Virus record (IMG/VR): IMGVR_UViG_3300035670_000022
Location: 32,001 to 96,000 of that record
Direction: 5' to 3' (one strand)
DNA length: 64,000 nt
From: a virus
Shown in pieces: positions 38,758 through 46,400 of the stretch (the first letter of the stretch is position 1; each line of letters opens with the position of its first letter). The notes under the pieces were generated by a model that saw only the letters and a program-made list of their open reading frames with translations, had not been told where the DNA came from and did no database searches. The position numbers and the translations under genes were made by a program.

Positions 38758-38968
38758 GTTGTAATACCTCGTTGATTTCGTCTTGATGTTGAAGCAGGAG
38801 GGCATGCTCCTTATTACCTTTACCAGTATCCATGCCTGTCTGCCGTGGGTTACGGCAAGACCAGCAGTGACACTTCTTCCTGTTTTTGCGGAAGAATTTT
38901 TGTTGTTCGGGGGTTAACCACCAAATCTGTTTAACTTTACGGTCATCAACTACTTTACGGTGCCACAT
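38750..38968 (-). CDS. Small basic protein with CxCxxCxNPR motif
   Basis: AAGGAGG RBS; KCHCWSCRNPR. Confidence 0.65.
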   Translation of the reverse strand: MWHRKVVDDRKVKQIWWLTPEQQKFFRKNRKKCHCWSCRNPRQTGMDTGKGNKEHALLLQHQDEINEVLQHG

Positions 38969-38993
38969 AAGACCTCCTTAGCTTGATGTCTTG

Positions 38994-39007
38994 TATTCTT
39001 CTCTGTT
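38994..39007 (-). promoter_or_regulatory. Putative phage promoter (AACAGAGAAGAATA, 1 mismatch)
   Basis: Lies between a hairpin terminator (39018-39042) and the RBS of 38968. Confidence 0.7.
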
Positions 39008-39049
39008 GTAGCAAAAAACAGCTTGGGGCAATCCAAGCTGTTTGGTTTC

Positions 39050-39283
39050 TTAACGGTAAATAAGATCTTCCCGTTTAGGGAGTTGATCAAGGAGCGTCGC
39101 AGCTCCTATGTAGGCGTCTAGGGCGCCGAATGTGTAAGATAACTCATGTTCACTTACATTTGGGAGACCCATTACAAAAGTGTAGGCTTGGAAGTAACTC
39201 AAGCCGTAGGTGTCTCGTAAGAACTCTTCTGCCGCATCTTCTGATGTGGCTAGCAGCGTTTTGAAAGTAGTGTAGTTATCCAT
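39050..39283 (-). CDS. Hypothetical protein
   Basis: AAGGAGG RBS, 77 aa. Confidence 0.7.
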   Translation of the reverse strand: MDNYTTFKTLLATSEDAAEEFLRDTYGLSYFQAYTFVMGLPNVSEHELSYTFGALDAYIGAATLLDQLPKREDLIYR

Positions 39284-39284
39284 G

Positions 39285-39407
39285 TTAGACCTCCTTTAGT
39301 CTTTTGATTAACTGCTTGGTTTTAGCCTTAACGGCTTTGAACTTGGCAGGAGCAAGGCGCTCCCGCTTCTTCTTGGCACCATCACGGTGCCAGTGTTTAA
39401 CAATCAT
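39285..39407 (-). CDS. 40-aa Lys/Arg-rich peptide
   Basis: Hand-translated MIVKHWHRDGAKKKRERLAP...; ATGA coupling to the upstream ORF and GAGG RBS. Confidence 0.55.
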   Translation of the reverse strand: MIVKHWHRDGAKKKRERLAPAKFKAVKAKTKQLIKRLKEV

Positions 39408-39523
39408 AAGACCTCGTCGGTGTAGCCATTTTTCATGGCGTGGATTAGCACCGTTAAAGTAGCGATGCCGCTACCGAAAATGAATCCAAGTGTCATTCCA
39501 AGTGTGAGTAGAAAAATAGTCAT
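39404..39523 (-). CDS. 39-aa single-TM peptide
   Basis: Hand-translated MTIFLLTLGMTLGFIFGSGIATL...; AGGAG RBS. Confidence 0.55.
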   Translation of the reverse strand: MTIFLLTLGMTLGFIFGSGIATLTVLIHAMKNGYTDEVL

Positions 39524-39533
39524 TATGATACTC

Positions 39534-39695
39534 CTAGTTAGAGTTAGCTAAACAGTTTTCGAGATGCTCCCACACAGCTAGGAGCTGTGCTTTTTGTTGG
39601 GCAATTTCGAATGCATCCTCGTACGATGTACGAGGCGCCGCAGCTAGAAGCTGCAAATATTCGAATAGTGTTATGTTCTCCGGCAGTGTATGCAT
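39534..39695 (-). CDS. 53-aa hypothetical protein
   Basis: Hand-translated MHTLPENITLFEYL...; AGGAGG RBS. Confidence 0.6.
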   Translation of the reverse strand: MHTLPENITLFEYLQLLAAAPRTSYEDAFEIAQQKAQLLAVWEHLENCLANSN

Positions 39696-39714
39696 GGAGA
39701 CCTCCTATATAATG

Positions 39715-40738
39715 ATGGACAATACCCCCAGGTGGACACGATCCACAATTCCAGCCTACCTATGCGGCACTGGGGATCAACTTCGACTTCCTCACGGGTC
39801 TAGCCTTGTACAGTCGTCTAGATATACATTCGGGAGATATCAGCCTATCTACTGCTACCAGTAGCCAACACACAACGTTTTCCCTAATCCCCCGTAGAGG
39901 ATTGTGGGTATCGATCCCACGCCGTTGTGTGGATATATAACTTCTATCCGAAGATATGGCGGCTGGATACCCAGCTTGTGACCAGTCTTTACACGTAGGA
40001 AGGGCGACGGCCCTATAAAGTAGTTGTGGAAATGCGCCGTACAGGTACTGCCCCTGTCTACGCCACCTTATGAGGGTGGAGCCTCCCTTCTCGGCCAACG
40101 GCGCGGGTGTCCGGCTTAGTGTGTACAGCACTTGCCGGGCGTGTGTGACCTATAGAGCCTGTAATCCAACCAGTCACGTTCTCGTTGGCAGACCGCTATT
40201 CCCTTCCTCTACAAACTACTCAGAATAGCCAGTGTAGTTTGCCCCTTAACCCCAGGGCGGGTATACCTCTTAGATGACGAGTCTAAGAGGGATTCTAGCA
40301 GTTCGCTCAATTGAACGTTCACTATCGAGACTCCTTAGTGTGTTAGTGCCTCGATAGCTAGCTAGGAACTACTTATATTTCTGCCCGAAGGGCACGGATC
40401 AACACACTACCGATCTTTCAGTCACGAGGGCGACGGCCCCATTATAAAGATGTGGAGGGGTTTGATACCCCCAAGGATTCTGCAGTTGGTCAGACTACAT
40501 ATCCAACCACAGCTTTGTCTGTTCAAAGTGTCTTGCTCGCCATATCAGGTCCGCACACTCTTTTAGGTGTATATAGCCTTGCGAGCATCACCTAAACTAC
40601 AATCTTGACTGACCAAGCCCTAAGATTCTGACAGATTTGACTGTATCGCGTTACTTCCGCGCACACATCAACGTATCCATTTTAGAAGGCATTATCCCCC
40701 GAATACTAGAGGGGCCCATATGAGAGTTATCTCTCATG
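39715..40738 (-). ncRNA. Structured non-coding RNA cassette (about three ~300-nt units plus one tRNA)
   Basis: No credible ORF, dense hairpins and several 7-9 bp loop pairings. Begins right after a promoter motif. Repeated GGGCCGTCGCCCT unit starts. Confidence 0.6.
40033..40104 (-). tRNA. tRNA with CAT anticodon (probably Ile2, possibly elongator Met) and non-canonical T-loop
   Basis: GCGCCGT/ACGGCGC acceptor, GCC/GGC D-stem, CCACC-CTCATAA-GGTGG anticodon arm, ACAGG-GGCAGTA-CCTGT T-arm, A73. CCA is not encoded immediately after. Confidence 0.82.
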
Positions 40739-40752
40739 TACTCTTCTCTGTT
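40739..40752 (-). promoter_or_regulatory. Putative phage promoter AACAGAGAAGAGTA driving the ncRNA/tRNA cassette
   Basis: Exact copy. Confidence 0.75.
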
Positions 40753-40800
40753 GTAGAAAAAGAAAGAGTATCGGTTAAGACGACACTCTTCTTTGACTAA

Positions 40801-41187
40801 TTAAGCGAAAGATTCAGTTACAACTTTGACTTCAATAAGCCGTTCCCAGCCTGCGAATTCAAAGTAGAACTCACCTTCTCGGTTGACCCGATTGTTTTTA
40901 GCAAAGATAACCGGGCGGTCTCCCGCAATGCCTAAGACTTGTTGTTGTAAGTTGATAGGGCAGACAACTGCCAAGATATCAAACTCAGCTGCTATAGCTT
41001 TGAATGATTCGATTTGTACAGTATTAGGTGCCTCACCATGAGGCGTAATTTCAGCCTCAAACTGAACGTGTACATTAGGCATGGTGCCGTTGACTTGTAC
41101 AACTTCGATAGCGCCTAGTTTGGCTTTTAAAGCAGTAAACTGCTCATAGCTCATTTCATGGCGACTGAACCACATTACTTTGGTCAT
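40801..41187 (-). CDS. Small alpha/beta protein, weak resemblance to Csx16/Csx15/Csx20-type ring nucleases
   Basis: WFSRH...EQ and DILAVVCPINL. The ORF is solid (AAGGAG RBS); the function is speculative. Confidence 0.45.
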   Translation of the reverse strand: MTKVMWFSRHEMSYEQFTALKAKLGAIEVVQVNGTMPNVHVQFEAEITPHGEAPNTVQIESFKAIAAEFDILAVVCPINLQQQVLGIAGDRPVIFAKNNRVNREGEFYFEFAGWERLIEVKVVTESFA

Positions 41188-41209
41188 AAGATATCTCCTT
41201 AATTTCGTG

Positions 41210-41223
41210 TACTCTTCTCTGTT
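41210..41223 (-). promoter_or_regulatory. Putative phage promoter AACAGAGAAGAGTA
   Basis: Exact copy after a terminator hairpin (CTAGCAGGTT/AACCTGCTAG). Confidence 0.75.
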
Positions 41224-41268
41224 GCTTTAAAAAACACTAGCAGGTTATTAACCTGCTAGCGTTTAACA

Positions 41269-41439
41269 CTATCGGAACTTCTTGGTGGCTGCTATATAAG
41301 CAGCCACGTTCCGGCGATGCTCTTCACGAGCCTCCGCCATTTGGCGGATAAACTCCTCCGTCTCCCGACGGACAGCTTCTTTATGTGCTTCAATAGATGC
41401 GGCAAATTCTTCCGGATGATAGACCACAGATGTAGACAT
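41269..41439 (-). CDS. 56-aa helical peptide
   Basis: Hand-translated MSTSVVYHPEEFAASIEAHKE...; AGGAG RBS. Confidence 0.55.
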   Translation of the reverse strand: MSTSVVYHPEEFAASIEAHKEAVRRETEEFIRQMAEAREEHRRNVAAYIAATKKFR

Positions 41440-41470
41440 AGTTTAGACTCCTAATTTGAATATGAATACG

Positions 41471-41492
41471 AAAAGCCCCCGAAGGCGGGGGC
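41471..41492 (-). terminator. Intrinsic terminator
   Basis: GCCCCCG-loop-CGGGGGC plus TTTT after the stop at 41501. Confidence 0.65.
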
Positions 41493-41500
41493 AGTAGCAA

Positions 41501-42271
41501 TTAGCGGCGACGACGACCGCTGGTGACAACTTTAGTCGCGCCACGGTTTACCGCAGGTAAGTCTACTTGAGACTTCCGTGCGGTCGGTGCGCCAGCTTTA
41601 ACGGCGGCTTGTTTGGCAACACCTACGGTACTGCCAATCAATTTACAGTCAGCCCATGCGACATTGGATAAGCCGACGGCGGGTTTTTTGGTCTGCGGAT
41701 TTAACCGCAATACCATGTCAAAGGTGACAATCCCGTCCGGGTTGGCTGCTACCACCCATAACCGCTTCGAAGAATGTTCGGTTGTGTACATGCACCCACG
41801 ACCGAAGTCTTCTTCATACTCTTCCCATAGTTCCGCATAGCGGATCAGGGATTCGAAGTCAGATTGGCTGATAACACCATTGTCAACAGACTCTTGACTG
41901 AATTCGATGGGCAAAGACCGCAGTCCTTTAATCCACTGTTGCCCTTTCGTCAGGGTTTTGCCTGTGGTGGCAGGCTGCATAGACCCATCAGGGTTCATAA
42001 CCCCTGACAGTCGTACTTTGACGGACACTTTTTCGGTGTTTTCGTCGTAGAAGGGGTCTTCTAAGACGATGCGAATCAAGTCGCATGATCCGTCTTCTGG
42101 TGCAAACTGCGAACGAGACATCAGACTTGTGTCAACAAAGAACTGATCGTACGCATCGCGCGCCTGCTCGATAAAACACTCGGGAATCCCCGCCAGTACT
42201 GTTTGCAGATCAGGATCTGCATATAGACCAGCGATGAACATTTCGGTGTTGGCGGCTTTGGCTTCTAACAT
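41501..42271 (-). CDS. Hypothetical protein with basic C-terminal tail
   Basis: 256 aa ending ATKVVTSGRRRR. Confidence 0.75.
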   Translation of the reverse strand: MLEAKAANTEMFIAGLYADPDLQTVLAGIPECFIEQARDAYDQFFVDTSLMSRSQFAPEDGSCDLIRIVLEDPFYDENTEKVSVKVRLSGVMNPDGSMQPATTGKTLTKGQQWIKGLRSLPIEFSQESVDNGVISQSDFESLIRYAELWEEYEEDFGRGCMYTTEHSSKRLWVVAANPDGIVTFDMVLRLNPQTKKPAVGLSNVAWADCKLIGSTVGVAKQAAVKAGAPTARKSQVDLPAVNRGATKVVTSGRRRR

Positions 42272-42300
42272 AGGTATAATCTCCTAATTGTTTATTCATG

Positions 42301-42314
42301 CACTCTTCTCTGTT
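42301..42314 (-). promoter_or_regulatory. Putative phage promoter AACAGAGAAGAGTG (variants at 42373-42386 and 42474-42487)
   Basis: Cluster of three motif copies in a 260-bp gap. Confidence 0.7.
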
Positions 42315-42535
42315 GTTAGACAGGGTAGAGCAGGGCTATTTAGAACCCTAAAGGTTCTTTTTTATTCCCGTTTACTTCTCTCTGTTGTTCGTCTAGGTTG
42401 TTCTAGGTTGTTCTAGGCTTAAGCAGACACGCTCAGGTTGTCTGTCTTTGGGTTTTTAAGGAACGTGGCAACGTACTCCTCTCTGTAAAAAAAGGGGCAT
42501 GCGCCGCTGCATATGCAGGGGCGCATGCCAGCGTC

Positions 42536-43240
42536 CTATTTAGGACGCCGTCCGCTTCCGACCACTTTCGTGGTGGGAGCGGACTTTGCCCCTTTAGGGG
42601 CACCGCCCCCGAAGAGGGCGGAAACGTCCTCTACTGCAACGCAGTCGAGGGCGGCGTGCTCGGAGGGCTCTGCCCCTCCCGAGCCGCAAAAGACTGCATC
42701 ACTGCAGTCGAGGGCTGAGATATACAGCCCGTACTTGCCGCCGGCGGCAAGTTGGAACCGTACGGTTCCTTGCACCCACACAGGGTGCTCCTTTTGCCGA
42801 ACGGCAAAAGACTTCGAGTCTGCTTTAGCCTCGAAGTGATATTTGACCAGTTGGTCAAATATCTCCTCTGCCCCTTCTGGGGCAGAGTCGAACGCCACCT
42901 TGGCGTTCAACGTGAACCATTGGGGTTTACCCCCAAGGTTCGCGTCCTTCTGCGGAAGGACGGATTTTGGGTCGACAGACCCATAATCCACAGCCTTTCC
43001 GTGAAGGCTGATGCACGTAAGTGCAAACGACAGCACGTAAGTGCCGTCGTCGTACAGCGACGCGTCGGTAACGGTAAGCCCGAAGGGCTTCCGTTGACCG
43101 AAGAGATCGGGACCGATCTCTATGCAACTGTGTCCCGTTAGGAGACACAGTTGCATAGGCAGTCCGGAGGACTGCAGGTAGGCAGCGGCTGCTGCTTTGT
43201 CTTCGCCGAAGGTGGAGATAACGGAAGTGACGGTAGTCAT
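42536..43240 (-). CDS. Hypothetical beta-rich protein with basic C-terminal tail
   Basis: 234 aa ending TTKVVGSGRRPK. Confidence 0.75.
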   Translation of the reverse strand: MTTVTSVISTFGEDKAAAAAYLQSSGLPMQLCLLTGHSCIEIGPDLFGQRKPFGLTVTDASLYDDGTYVLSFALTCISLHGKAVDYGSVDPKSVLPQKDANLGGKPQWFTLNAKVAFDSAPEGAEEIFDQLVKYHFEAKADSKSFAVRQKEHPVWVQGTVRFQLAAGGKYGLYISALDCSDAVFCGSGGAEPSEHAALDCVAVEDVSALFGGGAPKGAKSAPTTKVVGSGRRPK

Positions 43241-43277
43241 GACGTTGACGGCTCGTAGAGCCGTAAGAAAGTGCTTG

Positions 43278-43360
43278 CACTTCTCTCTGTTTCTCCGGAC
43301 CCGAAGGGTCTGGAGACTCTCTCGAAGAGAGAGTTAAGAGTGCTTGCACTCTTCTCTGTT
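43278..43360 (-). promoter_or_regulatory. Tandem pair of putative phage promoters (43278-43291 and 43347-43360)
   Basis: Near-identical 22-nt repeats AACAGAGA(AG/GA)AGTGCAAGCACT. Confidence 0.7.
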
Positions 43361-43452
43361 CCGCTCGTTAGAGCGGCATAGAAGACTTAGGGACCCGCGC
43401 GGAATAGGTAATGAGTTAGCTAGTTAGCGGGGCTAACTAGCAGAGGGTGATA

Positions 43453-46400
43453 TTACGAGAATTGGGTCTCCATCCAATCCAAAGCGATATCTGAAGTGTG
43501 GTAGGAGTCGACTAGCATGCTCCACATTTGCTCTGATGTAAGTTCGGAGTTAAATTCACAGTCTGTTGCAAAGTAGACTAAATCAGCTTTAGGAAAGCGA
43601 CTAGGTCCGACATACAAAGCAGCTTTATGCTGAGCCGGAATAGCTGTTACTTTACCTTTGCTGACGTAATACATATGCAGAACTCCCGGGCGGTTTATAG
43701 TCAAACCCTGGCTTTTCATTAGAGTCATAGCAAAACAAGGGTGCGCCGGGATTTGTCGGAAGGTTCCTATGGGACGACCCGACTTATCTTTAGGCCCTTC
43801 AAAGTCTGCATAGTCTAGAGTGATGACTTGCTTAGTAGTGTCTAGACGCACGTTGATAGAGTTTTTACCTAGTTTGGTAACTACTCCTGTGCTTCCATTA
43901 GCTGCAATAAGTGCACCGCCTCCGTTCTGTATGTTCTTACGAATCATTACAGGCATATCGACGCAGAAAGTCATCTCTTCTTCAATTGGATTAAAGATAG
44001 TGACAAACTCTTGCTTCTCGCCGTCGTAGGCTTTCTTCAGATACCAGTCTCCGAATTTACCTGTGACGTGGGCGCGATACGACTTGTTGTCTGCACCGTT
44101 AGCGATCATCTCAGCGGTCTTGCGGCTATTGTGCCGTTTTACTCCGATATTGTTGAAGTAGATGTGGATAGCATCTTCCGGAGCTTTGGTGGTAACACTA
44201 GCATCAAAGCGGTCTTTGATTAAGTTACCTTTCACGCCGGTTAATTGCAGCCGGTCCATACGTAACAGGTTAAGACAATCTACCCAGGCTTTATCTCCGT
44301 CGGCACGGATATTGTGCTTCAGGTTTATCATGACGAAGTCTCGGCGCTTAACAAAACTGCCGTAGCTGACATTGTTCTTTGCCCCTTTGATGAACACAGG
44401 TTCAAAGAAGAGGGAGCCTTTAACAGGTAAGAACTGCATTGGATCCCCTACTAACAGCCATTGAATGTTGATACCTTCTTCTATCGCAGCATCTTCGATG
44501 ATGTTTAAGAAGCGGTTGTCTACCATGCTGACTTCATCAACGATGACCATGAGTGGGCGTTTACCCAGGTAGTTCTTGGCGCTCTTGAAGAAGCGACTGT
44601 CTTTAACGTCTGACTTGAGTAGGTGGTACTCTTCGTACTCGCTACACTTTTTGCTCTCTGTTTTTTCGAATCCCAATTTGAGACCGAACATTGAGTTAAT
44701 TGTGCCGTCCCCACCGACGTTCATCACTGAAGTACCTGTAGAGCCAACAATGACGTAGGGGAGTTTGAGTAAGTCAAAGATGTGACGCGCTACTTCGACA
44801 CTGTAAGACTTGCCGCCTCCGCCTACACCGGTCAGCATAATATTGCTGCCATTAATAGCTTCAGCTACGACGTCTAACTGTCGAGCAGTCATGGTTTCTA
44901 GAGCGGGTAGGTAAGACTCCTCGTCTATAGTCGCATTGACGTTGGTGATTGCGTCGATAGCGGCTTGTAGAGCCTCGGGCTTACGTTTACGGTCTGCTTC
45001 TATCTCCATTTGGACTTTGGTCTCCTCTTGCTTAGCTTTTTTCTGTGCGTGTTTGCGTACCTTTTTAAGTGAGGGTACGATCTTTTTGCCTTTGCTGTTG
45101 ACAACAGGCTTAACAGATCCTACCTCTACTGTTTTAGGTTCTACAGATTTCTGTTTTTCCGCAACAGGGGTGGGAGTCTCTACTTTAAGAGACACTGCTT
45201 TAGAAAGAGGGATGTCTTCTGGTTCATCCTCGGGGGCATACATCTCAAAATCAGAAGATGTATCTTCGTCCTCGATTTGATCTTCAGACTCTTCAGGCGC
45301 TGTTAATACGTCAGACGCGTCTTCTGTGGTCATAGGTTTATCTTCGACCACTTTTACCGATGACAAAGAGACAAAATTAGAGATAGGGATCTCGTCATCC
45401 ATCTCGTAGTCATCATCAAAGTATACGCCTGTAGACTGATCTTCTTCTGTTTCGGGAACAGCAGCGTCAAAGCTGTCGTCTTGAGTACTTGTACTTTTCT
45501 CTGTTTCTACTAGAACCACAGGAATAGACTTGTATAAGTCGGTGATCTTTGTATGTAGAGTCTCAGGCATATCAGGCACTGTCTCAAGAATCATTAGCAA
45601 CATAGCAGCAACTTGGTTACCAGGATCAGGAGTCGACATAGGCTCTGCTTTGATAGCGGCAGAAGTGGGTTCAATCACTTCCGGCTGGTTGGGAGTAGTT
45701 GTTACCTCAACAGCAGGTTGCTCGTCAGCTGCTTCATCAAGTTCTATTAGAGCAGCTAACAAGTCTTCCTTCTTGCCGTTTAACTTAGGAACGGTATGCC
45801 CCGCGTCACGGTACTCTTTTAGCGCCTCTTTGATATCAGAGTAAGACAGAGAGGAGTACACGTCAGAAACAGAAGAGTCAACATCAGCTTCGACTTCAGC
45901 TTCGACTTCAGCTTCGACTTCAGCTTCATCTACTGGTTTAAGAGCAGGGTGATTAGTGTCGACCATCCAGTTGAGCATCTCAATGATGAGATCGCCGTGG
46001 CAAGGCAAAGGTGCGCAGAAGCAGACTAAGTCTTTTTGCTCTGCGTAGAGGCGGGCTAACTCATTCAGCACAACGCTGTCATTAGCATCTACCTTCTCTT
46101 GTAGCCAAACACGGTACAGTTCATAACACTCTTTCCGTGTGCCGTGTTTTCCAACGACAGCCTTGTTTGCTAGAACGCTACCTTTCTTGCCTTTACCAGG
46201 ACGTCCTATATACTCACCAAATACGCTGTCACCGTTTTTGATGTTTAAGACTTTCATAGTGCAGTGTCCTTCAGAAGATGTAGGAGGCTCAGAGTCTGAT
46301 TTAGGTTTAACCATACGTACAGTGACGTTATAGCGGACACCTTCACCACCTTCGTTGCCTTCATAGCCGTGGCGGGCGTAGCGTTTGTTGCCATAGAAGA

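Noticed and set aside
39673-40131. ORFs 39673..39864 (+) and 39760..40131 (-)
   Set aside because: They overlap the tRNA and hairpin-dense region and lack RBS or recognisable motifs.
40105-40475. Possible standard or permuted tmRNA (GGGGCCG start preceded by ...TCCACA)
   Set aside because: No complementary acceptor 3' strand (CGGCTCCA-like) after a T-arm and no convincing tag ORF; kept only as an unknown structured RNA.
42513-43349. Several overlapping alternative ORFs over 42536..43240
   Set aside because: GC-rich codon usage leaves alternative frames open; only the 234-aa frame fits the promoter/terminator layout and carries the shared C-terminal tag.
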